Positions 12,790-26,129 of a DNA stretch of 64,000 bases are shown here, in pieces. Below the pieces are notes generated by a model. It searched no databases, was not told the DNA's origin, and saw only the letters and a list, made by a program, of their open reading frames with translations. The stretch is taken from the NCBI RefSeq assembly GCF_006345805.1, contig NC_043000.1, forward strand, positions 46,004,001 through 46,068,000. The letters are read 5' to 3'. Source of the DNA: Octopus sinensis (Eukaryota). The number at the start of each line of letters is the position of its first letter. Positions within the stretch are counted from its first letter, which is position 1. The position numbers and the translations under genes were made by a program.

Positions 12790-13625
12790 TTAACTATTGT
12801 TATCATGTTTGTTGGTTCCTCGTAAGGGAAACGTTGTTGTGTTGCATTTGTTAAATAATTGTAAACTGTAACCCTCCCCCTTTGGGAGAAGGAGCTTTGG
12901 TTACTGTTTAAAAATTTAATTGTGTCCCTGTTTGGGGAAATTGACAATATTTTCACCGTTAATACAGAAGCATTTTTGTTAGAATGCCTTCGATAGAAGA
13001 AAGTCCAAAAATGAATTTTGCTGCAACCGTCGGCGGGCACGAACTCATGAAAATTAAAATGGAAGAAATACAATCTTATTTCGGATTGATCACCGACAAA
13101 GACGGTGAATCTAGGATAACACCACCAAATGAAATAAAAAATTAAATTAAAGGAAAGACTATTGTCTATAAAGTATACAATGTAGAGAAAAAAATGATTT
13201 GAACACCTGGAGGAAAGCACCATCGAAAAGTGTCTTGGTGCGACTATGAAAGATATCTAACCAGAGACGGTAAATTCGCCACAATAGAAGTTCAGGTTTA
13301 TACCTGTAATTATTAGGGCCCTGGGATATGTAACACACTGCCTAAATTCCAATTTTGAGAAATTAGGCTTCTCAAAACCAGAAAGGAGAAAGCTAATTTG
13401 AAGACTATAGATTCAATACATCACCGGAACTCTAAAAATCTGTAAAACTTTCCAGAAGTTTATCATTTAAATATATATGAGCATGTTTAAATATGCAACT
13501 ATATGCATGAGAATACATACAAACAAAATAAAAATACCTTGTTGTTGATGTTGAAATTCCAATGAAAGAGTCTTGGATCTAGGTTAGAGATCATTCTTTC
13601 TCTATTGGCAAGAAATCTTGAAATG
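12790..13625 (+). mobile_element. Internally deleted non-LTR element with restriction-like endonuclease C-terminus (R4/HERO/NeSL-like)
   Basis: 13290-13470 reads FIPVIIRALGYVTHCLNSNFEKLG...I*RL*IQYITGTLKICKTF (PVIIGALG-type REL end); a short frameshifted reading MPSIEESPKMNF... starts at 12984. Confidence 0.65.
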
Positions 13626-13779
13626 ATATACATACATACATATATATATATGCATATTTGTGTTTGTTTTGTCTCCTTTTGACATCACTTGATGGATGCA
13701 GATGAGTATCACAGTCATGCAAGAAGTGTCAGTAATTTCCAATATTCTGCAGAAACATTTCTGAGGATTGGGAAATATT

Positions 13780-13902
13780 ACCATCCTTGGAAAGAAGTGA
13801 GTGTTGGTGACTGGTAAGTCATCCAGTCATAGAATATTCTACTTCGATTAATTTCCATCCAACCCATGCAATCATTGAAAAGACCATGTTAAATGATGAT
13901 GA
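13780..13902 (+). mobile_element. Degenerate RTE 3' tail
   Basis: 'ccatccaacccatgca...gttaaatgatgatg' matches the RTE terminus. Confidence 0.55.
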
Positions 13903-15902
13903 TATATACATAGATATAGACATAGATATATAACTATCTACATATAATATTTTGCTTAGGTCAGTACAATATATTGTGGAATCATTCTCATAAAAAATAG
14001 AAAGGAATGTTACTTTCATATCTTTATGTCAATTTTTTTTTTCTTTTGTTATTTTTTTGATAATGCATTTCTTGACTTTAATACTTGATAAAGCTCTTCT
14101 ATTAATGCCCCTTGTTCTGTTCTGAAATAGGATTTTTTTTTATGAGCTACTCAATACCTTTATTCTAAGATTACATTAAAATATTTTTATATAAACTAAA
14201 GAAGCTGTGCATTTCCTACCTTGCTGTTTTATACTGTAAATTTATTTCCAGTATCCTATTCCAGTTACATTTTCAGAAATACTTTCCATATCCAAAACAG
14301 GTGTTATAAGTAATTTATATCATAAACAATGAGTTGAGAATGAGGTTGAAATACAACTGGAGTTATCTCCCATACATGTCAGAAAAAGTGAAAATAATGT
14401 TTCATATTGACTGATATTTTCTTTTCTGTTTTCCTTTATCTTTTTTTTTTGCCATGTTTAGTTCTGGTTCTCTATACATTAAAAAGTATATGTACACCAA
14501 CTTCCCATGCAAATGATATCTGAATTTTTTTTCTTTAAATGAGTCTCTTTTTCTGACACAAATGTATGTTCTTACATCATTCAATTTTTTTCTTCAGCTA
14601 CAAATGAAAAAATCTTGCACATTTACTTTCTGTCTTTGTCATCACTAGACTGAAAAATATGGTTTACGTAACATGCTTTGCTTAATCATTCAGTAATACT
14701 ATTTCTTTAGAGACATTTTTTAATAGTTAGTTTTCTAATACTTCCTGCATTAAATATATTAACACTAATTTACCAATTGTTTTTATGCAGATGTCTTTGA
14801 ATTTCACTTTTAAACAATTCTGTTTTCGTATGCCAGCCAATGTCTATATCTTGCATATTTATTTAGCAATTTACTCATGACTAGTTTTGTAAATATAATG
14901 AATTTATATAACACAAATAATACACACATATTTACATAAACATATGCACACTCACACATAAACATAGACATACACGTGCACATACACACACACATGCACA
15001 CACATTCACACATGCATATAAAATGACTAATAGCAAAACGTGGAATTTTTTCTAATCAACCTGCCTGAGACTTCTGTTCCTATGATACAAATGTTTCAAT
15101 GTTAAAGTGTTTATATCTAAATTTAGATCTACTATCAAGATGTTAATAGAAGAAATTCTTCTAAGTTATGTTTCAAATATCTGCTTCACAATGACAAAGT
15201 TAGTCAATTAGTTTACTATATGCTGTAAAATTCTTGATTATTTAAAAAAATTATTCATGCAGACATTATAATTCATTAGAGATATGGTCACAAACGAGTT
15301 AAGAATTTTAACATGTATAAATTTAAAGTAATGTTTTCGGTTATTTCTTCTTATTTCCATATTTACCAAACTGTTCTTGTTATTGTTGTCCTTTTAATTC
15401 TTAATTTTCAATTTCATTTGCTATCAACTATTTTATTAATGTAATGTTTAAACTCTTATTTTCTTAAATGTTTAAATGTCTGAAATGAGTTATTGTTAAT
15501 ATGATTACAATTTTCCAGACTATTAAATTCATCTTCTGAGTCAATATTTTCAGTATTTACATTCAGTTTTTATGGCATAGACATAGGAGAAAGCACAGTG
15601 TCCATGACTTGTGCAAGGCTATCAAGACTAGTATGAGCAAAAAGTATAATGGAAATTACAACTCACAATTCCCTGCTGGAGGTAAAAACACATCCTTTTT
15701 GCATGGCATTCCGCTATCATTTCTTAAAATGCAGGTAGCCAGGATTGAGTGAAGCAAATTTGGATATTCTTTGCACTTATCAGAGGCTTTGCTTGACTAG
15801 CTCTCACTAAGGCAGAGGAAAAGCAAAGTCAGTATATCTGAGAACAACATCTGGAGTCAGGGCTGCCAAGAAAGTCATTAATGCTGGGCTAAAATACTTC
15901 AA

Positions 15903-16160
15903 GTGGAGGCGCGTGGCTTAGTGGTTAGGGTGTCAGCATCATGATCATAAGATTGTGGTTTTGATTCTTGGACCAGGCAATGCATTATGTTATTGAACAA
16001 AACACTTCATTTCACATTGCTCCAGTCGACTCAGCTGGCAAAAATGAGTAACGCTGCGATGGACTGGTGTCCCGTCCAGCTGGGGGACACATATGCCATT
16101 GAAACCAGGAAACTAGGCCCATGAGCCTGGCTAGGCTTTAAAAGGGTGCAATTATTTTAA
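15903..16160 (+). mobile_element. tRNA-derived CORE-like SINE (family C type)
   Basis: Head GTGGAGGCGCGTGGCTTAGTGGTTAGG, degenerate B box, CORE-like 'ttgaacaaaacacttcatttcac'; partial TSD AAATACTT. Confidence 0.8.
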
Positions 16161-17389
16161 ATACTTTGATATGTCCCTACTCCATTTGTAAGTTCAATAG
16201 ATAGTTATTGATTCCTTGTTGAATTTACCTGCTCTTGTAAGCAGATACTGTATTTTTTCCTTTCAAGGTTTTCATCAACCCTCTACGCCCAAGAATGAGT
16301 CACAAGTTGATATTGTTAGTTCAGTAGCATGTAAAAGAGTAGCTTATCATTTTTTGTCTGATTTGACGGGGAAACAATACTTTCAAACATCAATTTTTCT
16401 TCAGTCTGAAGACTTGGTCCAAATGCCTGTAAAAACATTGGTCATTGGTCTCCACTAAAGACAACCAAGGATCAGGTGGTAGTATTAACCTAGACAAGAG
16501 ATTAGCTCTGCCAAGTTTCAATCAGTCTGCTCTCTTGTAGTCAAGTGTCTTATTCTTGACTGCATTCATAGTTGAAAATTTTTATATTTGTCATCTGAAG
16601 GCAATACAAAAAAATATGTGACTAAACCATAAGAACATATTTATAAATCATTTAGAAAATAACATTCTTTTATATACTCCTTCGTTAACCATCATCAGTA
16701 TATTTAACTTTCAGTCAGTTTGGAAGCTTCTATGGAGTCACCTTAACTGTTTGATATAACAGACAAATATTTCTAAAATCCTATCCTACAGTTTTAGAGC
16801 CTTTTTAAAAAAAAAGACACAGGGAATGACATAATCTTTGGCAGAATGTGCCAAAAGAAAGACAAAATGTTCAGGATAGAGTGCTTTCCATTACAGACCC
16901 AACACAGGTCAAAAACATTAAAAATATTTACAGAGCTGCTTGAAATATATAGTCAGATCTCCTTCAGATCACACCTAACCACTAATCTAAATTCAGAATA
17001 CAGTGGACTCAGTAGTCCCTGATATACAAAATGACAGGGCTCTTAAGTTATGTGTTAAGGACACCTATACAGATTTTCTATAGAAATTATAGTCAGCACT
17101 GATTTTTGTTATGACATTTCATATGCGAGATGCCAGATGTAAAGAAACTGAGATTGAAGATTAAAAAATGGATATCTGGTGTCTTGGATATGAATCATCA
17201 TACCAAAAATACAGCAGTAGCAGTATTTTATCCATTGCATATGTCTTATGAATACCAAAGATTTTAAATTTTTACCACTTTCTTACTGAATGAAAATTAT
17301 TCTACAAGGAACACTGTTGAAGGACCCAGAGGCACTTTCCTCATATTGAGAATGCTTTAGGGTTTGCTGCTTTCAATATATTTAATATA

Positions 17390-17391
<2 letters not shown>

Positions 17392-17457
<66 letters not shown>

Positions 17458-17462
17458 TATTG
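17392..17462. repeat. (ATT)n microsatellite
   Basis: Directly visible. Confidence 0.97.
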
Positions 17463-17795
17463 TTATTACTTTTGTATCTTGTTGGTTGGCAAACATTTAA
17501 CCAAAATAGTGCCTACAACGACATATGGAAATCTCTCCTACAAATTTTTAATGTGAGAAAATCATTTTACAAATAGAAAAGAAAAATAGAAATTATTAAA
17601 TGCAAAAGCATATATCACTTAATAGACAAACAAAAAGACTATTATTCTATGGACATCATAAACAGTAATGCACAAGATATATGTAGTAAATGTAAGTAGA
17701 AAATGCAACAATGAAATTCAAACACACACACACACATTCACACAAAAAGTGAAAATGTAAACTTTTTTGTTGATATCTCTTTCTCTACCCTACAC

Positions 17796-18270
17796 ATCGT
17801 CATCATCATCATCATCATCAACGTTTAACGTCTGCTTTCCATGCTAGCATGGGTTGGACGATTTGACTGAGGGCTGGCAAACCAGATGGCTGCACCAGGC
17901 TCCAATCTTGATCTGGCAGAGTTTCTTCAGCTGGATGCCCTTCCTAATGCCAAGAGTGTAGTGGGTGCTTTTACGTGCCACTGGCACGGGGGCCAGTCAG
18001 GCAGTACTGGAATGACCTTGCTCGAATCTTTTTAAACATGCCACCTGCACAGCTGCCAAGTAAGGCAATGCTGGTAACGATCACGCTCGAATGGTGCTTT
18101 TACATGCCACCAGCATGGAAGCCTGTTAGCTGCTCTGGTAATGATCATGCTCAGATGGTGCTCTTAGCACCCTACCAGCATGGGGCTCAAGTGCCAGTAA
18201 GGTAATGCTGGTAATGATCACACTCGAATGGTGCCTTTTATGTGCCACTGGCACGGAAGCCGGTTAGCTC
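17796..18270 (-). mobile_element. 5'-truncated RTE 3' UTR with internal tandem units and (GAT)n tail
   Basis: 'catcatcatcaacgtttaacgtctgctttccatgctagcatggg' is the reverse complement of the 55414 terminus. Confidence 0.85.
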
Positions 18271-18317
18271 TTAGTATATATTGTTGTATGAATGCAACCT
18301 GAGGAATATTCAAAAAG

Positions 18318-18875
18318 ATTATTATTATTATTATCCTTATTGAGTGAGAGAGCAGTGCATACCATCAAAGTGACATTGACGTAAAGTATACGAAGCCCAG
18401 TATACCCATCATGACTACCCGTCTGAAAAGGGTAAACCAGGCACATTCACCACAACCATATGTGCATGACCTAGTGATCTCATATCAAGATAAATAGCAC
18501 ATGACCTTGCAGATATAGCCAAGTGAGAATTTTCTTCAGGTCGAGTAACCCATCCCATTTAAAGGGTCCCTGAATAAGGGTTGTTTAAGGATATTAAACA
18601 AAACACCATGTTTCCAGGGTGAATTATCAATACCCAAAGAATTCCTCTCAACACATGGCTATGATTCTCTCCCACAACTTCTGCTCGTGATTAGAGATGT
18701 ACATCTCATCAGCCACTAAGGGACATGCTCAACTGGTTAAGGTCAAATAACTGACAAGCAAATCTGTGGTATTGAGCAGAATATTTACTGTAGCCCATAT
18801 TTTATACCAAACAAAACAATGTCATGATAACACTTCCAATCATTTAAGATTAGAAGTCATGAAAGCCACTGCCTA
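18318..18875 (-). mobile_element. 5'-truncated LINE 3' end with (TAA)n tail, copy 1
   Basis: ~550 bp collinear with 21183-21740; simple-repeat tail; clade not determined. Confidence 0.7.
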
Positions 18876-18902
18876 GTATTTATCATTATTATTATTATTA
18901 TT

Positions 18903-19775
18903 ATTATTACCCTGCACATGTAAGTGAATGCAGGGTATTGTAATCACTCATCTTTGTCTGTGTGTTTGCAAAATTGCTGGAAAATGGCCAAATGGATTTT
19001 CATCTCATTTGGCAGAAATACTCATTGAGTGAGTGGCTCAGAATGATGAACATTTGGTTTGATTATCTTTAAAAATAAAAAAAATTTTAATCAAACTTAC
19101 AAATTTCCCGATAAGCAAGTGGTCATTATTTTGTTCACTTTCTTTTTCATATGAATTAACCCTCATCTGCATGTGTCTAGATTATGGTGTACTTATGTGT
19201 GTAGACAAGTGTGCATACATGCATACATGCATGCATACATAAATACATACATAGATATGCAACTTTGTGTGTGTGTTTGTGTGCATACGTGTGTGTTAGT
19301 ATAGTGATGGCTTTGAGGGTTTTGTTTATTTACAACTTGATTTCTTAATTTTACCGAAGTATAAATACCTATAATAGTGATACTTAAAAAAAGCAAATTT
19401 TTAATGAAACTTACAAATTTCCCAATAAGGAAGTGGTCATATTATTTTGTTCACTTTCTTTTTCATGTGAATCAGCCCTCATCTGCATGTGTATAGACCA
19501 TAGTGTATCTATGCACATAGTCATGTGTGTGTACATACCAACATACGTACATAGATATGCAGCTGTGTGTGTGTGTGAGTGTGTGTGTACACTGATGGGT
19601 TTTGTTTATTTATGAGTTAGTTTCTTAATTTCACTAGAGTACAATTACCTATAATGGTAATACTTAAAAAGATCAAAATATTCACTTCAATTAAAGAGCA
19701 TGGGTAAGCAACACATTTCCATCCACTCTATAATTTGTGAAAAAATTTATCTGCACGTAGGGAATGCATTGCCCC
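18903..19775 (+). mobile_element. Helentron-associated (HINE/DINE-1-like) non-autonomous element
   Basis: 5' TTATTACCCTGCA...TGCAGGGTA inverted repeat, CTGT/GT microsatellite, 3' hairpin GCATTG...CAATGC followed by a T-run; internal ~315-bp tandem duplication. Confidence 0.5.
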
Positions 19776-19817
19776 CCCCCAATGCCTTTTGTTTCATTAT
19801 TATTACTTCTACTACTA

Positions 19818-20080
19818 AGGTGGTGAGCTGGCAGAATTGTTAGCACACCTGGTGAAATGCATTTCATCTATCTTCATATTCTAAGTTCAAACTCCATCGA
19901 AGAAATTTTGCCTTTCATCCCTTCAGGATCATTAAAATAAGTATCATTTGAATACTGGGGCCAATGAAATTGATTTATCTCATCCAACTAATTTGCTGGC
20001 CCTGTGCCAATATTTGAAATTATTATTATTATTATTATCATTATTATTATGATTATTATCATTATTATTATTATTATTAC

Positions 20081-20116
<36 letters not shown>

Positions 20117-20575
20117 CATTATTATTATTATCATCATTAGTAAAGACAGCCAGCTGGCAGATTCGTTAGCGCACTGGACGAAATGCTTAGCAGTAATTCG
20201 TCCGTCTTCATGTTCTGAGTTCAAATTCTGCCAAGATTGACTTTGATTTTCATCCGTTTGGGGTTGATGAATTAAGTACCAGTTGCATACTGGGGTCGAT
20301 CTAATCAACTTGCCCCCTCCCACCAAATTTCAGGCCTTTTGTTTATAGTAAAAAGGATTATTATTATCATTAGGCAGTCAGGCAGTCAGCTGGCAGAATC
20401 GTAAGCCCACTGGATGAAATGCTTAGTGGTATTTCCCCTGGTCACTACATTCTGAGCTCAAACCATGCTGAGGTCGACATTACCTTATATCTTTTCAGGG
20501 TCGATAAATTAAGTACCAGTTAAGTCTCTGGCTCAAAAACAATTTCAGTCGATGTGCCCTAAGTAGAAAGGAGCT
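19818..20575 (+). mobile_element. Three tandem SINE A variants separated by (ATT)n tails
   Basis: Heads 'agctggcaga' near 19826, 20151 and 20388; conserved 'ggtcgataaattaagtaccag'-type domain. Confidence 0.8.
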
Positions 20576-21025
20576 TGTAATAATTCTGCTTGTTCCTCTG
20601 TTGCTTAGCCCATCTGTAATGCTTTCACGGGATTAGCTGAGGGTGGGGAAGAAAAGAGGGAGAGAAAGAAGGAGGCACAGAGAAAAGAGGAGGTGGAGGG
20701 GGAAGGGAAGGTAGGGATGCGGAGGGGGGGAGGTGAAATGTGTAATTTTTTTATTTAACCAAGTTTTTTGCTCTGTTACTTAGCCCGTCTGTAATGCTTT
20801 CATGTGATTAGTTGAAAGGAAAGGCAAAGAACGAGAGAAAAAGGGGAGAAAGAAAAGGGAGAGCCAAAAAGAAGGTAAAGTGAAAAAGTGGGAGCTAGCA
20901 GTTGAGTGACTATCTTTTGATGCAGTCACAACACAGGCTACGTTTTCAGATTTTTAAGATAAAGTTTTCAGAAATAACCCCAAAAGTTTATGATTAATTC
21001 CATGAAATATTCACGGGTCCTGCTA
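20575..21025 (+). mobile_element. Helitron-like 3' fragment
   Basis: Ends 'ccatgaaatattcacgggtcctgCTAG|T'; duplicated ~45-bp motif at ~20600 and ~20774; purine-rich interior. Confidence 0.5.
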
Positions 21026-21182
21026 GTTTTGATATTATAATTATAATCATTATTATTATTATCATTGTTATTATCATTGCTTTTACATAGCTTCTAACAC
21101 TGGAGATTTACTATGGTGTCAGCTATTCACTACCTATGGACTTTCTTTTTTTTATGCGCCCTTTTCAAGCCTAGGCAGTGAA

Positions 21183-21740
21183 CTTATTATTATTATTATT
21201 ATTGAGCAAACGAGCTGTACATGCCATCAAAGTGACACTGGGATAGAATATACAAAGCCCAATCATGACTACCTGTCTGATAAGGGTACACCAGGCACAT
21301 GCACCACAACCATGTGTGGGCAACCTGGTGGTCGCATATGAAGATAAACAGCACATGACCTTGCACGTGGGGCCCAATTAGAATATTTTTCAGGTTGAGT
21401 AGCCCATCCCACTCAAAAGGTCTCTGAAAAAGGCTTGTTTAAGGGGCATGAATGAAACATCCATGTTTCCAGGGGTGAATCATTCAAATATGAAAGAATT
21501 CCTCTCAACACATGGCTATGAAGCTCCCCCACTGCTCCTGCTCACATTCAGAGATGCTCATATCATCAGTCATCAAGGGACATGCTCAACTGGTTAAAGT
21601 CAAGCAACTGATAAACAAGTCTGTGGTAAATATTGAGAATATTTGCTCTAGCCTATCTTCTACATCAAGACAAAATATATACATGATAACACTTCCGATC
21701 AGTTAAAATGAGAAGCCATGAGAGCCGCTGCTTGTTGTTA
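21183..21740 (-). mobile_element. 5'-truncated LINE 3' end with (TAA)n tail, copy 2
   Basis: Collinear with 18318-18875. Confidence 0.7.
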
Positions 21741-21742
21741 TT

Positions 21743-21777
<35 letters not shown>

Positions 21778-22629
21778 TATTATTATAGTGCAGTGGATAA
21801 TCAGAACCATTAAAGCATTGGACAAAATACCTTGTAGTGTTTACTCACGGCTCTTTACATACTGAGCTTCAATTGTGGTGGGTAAAATGAATCACTTGTC
21901 ATTCTAGATTCTTTAATTGTAAAGTACAAATACTGGGTCAATTTAGCCAAATAAACCTAACCCAATGGACCAAAGTATGTGGTTTTGTGTCCATAGCAGA
22001 TGCCATAGTCACTATTACCATCAACATTGTTACTATAAGAGAAATTCATGCCATTATCTTTTTTTATAGATAATTGCTAATATTTCTAATAAAGGGTAGC
22101 TTATAATTAATATTTATGAATTTGATATGTAGCATAATGACAACCTATCCAGTATAGTTTCTTATGAATGAAAGTAGAGACATTTCAAGCAAACAACCTT
22201 TGTTATTTGACAAAGCTCCCTGTTCAGAATGTTTGCTTCTATCTCATTTCTTAATGCACTAACATGCTTTTACTATTACTTCCAATATTTCTGATATAGT
22301 ATTTTCTAAGTTTCTTTTGCTTCATTTCATAATGTTATATTGCACATTAATATTGTCCATTTGATTGCTATTGACTGTATGCTGATATGAAGACCAGCAA
22401 ATATTACTAAACAATGCTATATATGTTTGGAATATCAATGCACATAAACTATATAAGTTATTGTGTTCCAAAGCTTTAATGGAACAGTTTTTGTGTTGAA
22501 TGTCTGTGATTTACACAACCCATAAAAGGCAAGCTACAGCTGAATAAATTGATATGAGGTGATTAGTTCTGCTTTTTTTCTTACTGTGCTTTGTTGATGG
22601 CCAAAATATAACTCATGAATGGCCATACA

Positions 22630-22990
22630 CATCATCATCATCATCGTTTAACGTCCGTTTTTCATGCTAGCATGGGTTGGACTGTTCAACCGGGGTCTGG
22701 GAAGCCAGGAGGCTGCACCAGGCTCCAGTCTGATCTGGCAGTGTTTCTACAGCTGGATGCCCTTCCTAACACCAACCACTCCGTGAGTGTAGTGGGTGCT
22801 TTTTACACGCCACCGGCACAGGTGCCAGGCAAGGCTGGCAACAGCCATGATTGGTTGGTGCTTTTTACGTGCCACTGGCACGGAGGCTGGTCAAGGTGGC
22901 ACTGACAATGGCCACGTTCGGATGGATCTTTTTACGTGCCACCAGCACTGGTATCACAACTGCAATTTCCATTGATTTTTTTTGATCGAT
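22630..22990 (-). mobile_element. 5'-truncated RTE 3' UTR
   Basis: (CAT)n-cgtttaacgtccg terminus and 'gtgccaccggcac' units. Confidence 0.85.
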
Positions 22991-23598
22991 TTAGACAACT
23001 AACAATAAATAGGTACCACATATTTGGTTCCAACTTGTAAGTAATTAGTAGTCTGAGAGATTATTGAATGTTTCCTTAAATTATATTGTTTAGTTTAAGT
23101 TCTCTAATGAGATTAGTTTAAAGATATTTTCTGCTTCACTCAAAATACATTATACAAAGGCAAAAATATTTATAAGCACCCTTTAGCTTAGTGGGTAAAA
23201 GCATTCACACACATATGCACAAACACACACACAAACTCACACACACACACATACACACACAAGATCCCTTTGGGGCCCTGATCTGTATGTAGATTCTCTT
23301 AGTGTTATCTTTTGTCTATACAACTAGGCCTACAATAATTAATAATAAACACTAATAAAAAGAAGTAAGTGTGGTGTGATAAGCATAGTGATACTTGTGT
23401 ATGTGAATTAAGTGTATGTCAGGATGGGAGTAGTAGAAAGTGCTTGTTTTTGAGGGCATGGATGGATGTTGCTTGGTGGTTGTGGAGCCCTCCTTACCTC
23501 TTGGGCCAGGAACAAAGTACTGGCTGGACCCCACTCTTGGAGGCCCTGCACATGTGCATACACACACAAACACATACACATTAAACAATGATAGCCAA

Positions 23599-23980
23599 TC
23601 TCTCTATATATAAAGCTGAAGTTGTCTGTGTAGGGCAGGTTTGGTAGCCTTCATCTAACACTATCTCCTCCAAGACTCTGCGACGCAAGTTGACCAAAAT
23701 TGAGAGAAGGCTTGCTCTTCCTTCCGTAAAAGAAAAAAATCAAATCAGACCATGTTAGGACCAAAAATTATTTACATCAAAAAGGTGCATTTTTTTCTAT
23801 GAAAATAACTATTTAAAAAATTTTTTTGACTGCTGTGTCACCATATTTCGGTGTATTTCAACCAGAAAAATGTTCACTTAAAGAGAATAACAAGCTGCAT
23901 AATGCAAAACTTTTACTTTTCAAAAATTCCAATTCTAAATGGTCAAAACAAACCTGAGCAACGCCGGGCAATACTGCTAG
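23599..23980 (+). mobile_element. Non-autonomous Helitron (second family)
   Basis: A|TCTCTCTATATATAAAG ... cctgagcaacgccggg ... CTAG|T. Confidence 0.8.
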
Positions 23981-24035
23981 TATGAGATCAATCTAAAATA
24001 CACTTTGACTAATGCTCTCCTTTAACCAATAAAAA

Positions 24036-24215
24036 TTAACCCTTTAGCATTCAGATTAGTCAATGAAATGTATTATTATTTATTCACATTGTTTTGAATT
24101 AATTATGCATTATCTTGTAGCTTTGAGATTTCAATTATGTGATGGTTTATTTTTTAGAATAACATTGTGGGATATGTATGAGAGGATGGATATAGCCAGT
24201 TTAAATGCGAGTGAA
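24036..24215 (+). mobile_element. piggyBac-like MITE remnant
   Basis: TTAA-CCCTTTAGCATTC terminus; homologous in opposite orientation to 25790-25968. Confidence 0.55.
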
Positions 24216-24899
24216 TGTATTGATAAATACATTAATTCTGTTTCTTTTCCAAGGTACAAAATACTTTCAGTTAATATTTAGTATTGCCAGTATTGCAAAT
24301 GAACTGAATGAATCTGAGAGATTTTAAATTTGTTCATGAAAAAGATAAAATAATATGAAGAAAACTATAAATATAAAAAAAGATAATTAGATTTAAAAGA
24401 TAGGAAAATATTTTGTTCTCTGTATAATTGTAATTATTAACATTGATTTAAGCACACTTGTAATAAAACATTATTTAAAATTTTTTTTTTAAATAATCCT
24501 TGGAGAGTACTATATAATGTTGGCTTTAGAATATTTAAATATTAAATTTTGCTGTGGAATATATACTTTTGGAAAAAATATAGTTATGTTAAACAAATGA
24601 AATGTTTTTTTTATGATCTAGGTTCAGCCAACATACTCATTATTTTTTGCTCAATTAATTTCATAAAATAACAGTATGTTCATTAGAATAATCCCTAGAG
24701 CAATTAATGTTTGTGAATTATTTTTTAAATATGCTACTTACTCGTATACAAAGTTGTATGCTTATTTAATGACTCTTTGTGTGATTTTCTCATCATTACT
24801 TGTGTATGTACAACATATTCTATGTTTCATTCAGGCCTACTAATATAGAAAATTTCCCAAAGTTGTCTCCCACACTTGTGAAAATGTTTGAAATAACAT

Positions 24900-25168
24900 T
24901 GGTTTCAAATTCTGGCAAAAGTTCAGGGAAGTTGGTAAACCAGTTACATTGAATCCCATATTCAACTTATCCTTATTTTATCAACCCCGATAGGATGAAA
25001 GGCAAAGTTTCATTTGCTTCATTTCATAATGTTGTATTGCAAATTAATATTGTCTATTTAATTGCTAATTATCATGGGCAGAATTTGAACTCAGAACATA
25101 AAGACAGACGAAATGCCACTAAGTATTTTGGCCAGTGTGTAAATAATTCTGCTAACTTACTTGCCTTA
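24900..25168 (-). mobile_element. SINE A interrupted by a ~60-bp foreign insert
   Basis: SINE sequence stops at 'ggcaaagtt' (~25010) and resumes at 'ggcagaatttgaactc' (~25077). Confidence 0.7.
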
Positions 25169-25789
25169 ATGTTTGAAATAACATTAACCATTGAATTTAC
25201 ATCACCATTTTCCCACTACATAATTATTTCTGAGTATATTTTTTATGCACACTACATTAACATTAATGTAACTATCATAAAAGAATAGCTTAGAACATTT
25301 TTCCATTACTTCAAAAATAAAATTTTTAGATTGGTTAAACAGTTATTAACATTTTTTTTTCTTTATTGTCCAGCCTATTTCATCCCATATCATTGATCTG
25401 TTATGATTAAATAGCTGAGTGAACAAATGACCAGGTCATAGATATTGATTTCAAATCCATTACAGTCATCACTTGTTGTATTTAGAGAGAACAATTAATT
25501 TCACATACGTCATGCTATGTTGTGGTTGCTGTTATTATTGTAGTTGTTCTTTTTGCTTAACGCCAAGTTAGCTTAGATTGAACAAGCATAATGTAAGATG
25601 TTCTACCCATCACCATTCAGTCTTTTTCACAGACAATGCAGCTAGAATCCTGACTACATAGAGCTTCCTATCTGTCTCATGTCATGAAATGACCAAGGAA
25701 TATATGTTCCAAAATTTATTACGAATTATGTATACAAGGATGGGCTGGTGTACTGTGTAAATTTTACCTCCACTAAATCAACACCATAA

Positions 25790-25968
25790 GACCTCTAGTA
25801 TTTAAACTGACCATATCAGGCCCAAATATTCTATCAGTTCTATGTTCAAACAAGCCAGATCTGGCTTCTCACATGATAGGAAATTTAAAAGTTATGAGAT
25901 ATTGCATAATTGATTTAAAGCAATGTGAATAAATAAACATTACACTTGCTTGAATGCTAAATGGTTAA
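25790..25968 (-). mobile_element. piggyBac-like MITE remnant
   Basis: Ends GAATGCTAAATGG-TTAA on the + strand. Confidence 0.55.
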
Positions 25969-26129
25969 ATCATAAATAAGTTATGCCCAAGACGATTGCA
26001 AACCTTTGTTCAGTCAAGCTATTCATCTGGCACACACACACACACACACACGAACACACACACACACACACACACTTATATTCATTCACACATTCTCTCT
26101 CTCTCTCATTCTCTTTCTATATATATATA

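Noticed and set aside
15590-15900. Harbinger transposase remnant (TDFAFPL)
   Set aside because: Single short motif with no supporting neighbours.
16216-16458. 80-aa ORF and possible exon on either strand
   Set aside because: Splice-like signals occur on both strands, but no recognisable protein and no consistent gene model.
20640-20735. G-quadruplex as a regulatory element
   Set aside because: Four G-runs exist but lie in a low-complexity purine tract of a Helitron-like repeat; no functional evidence.
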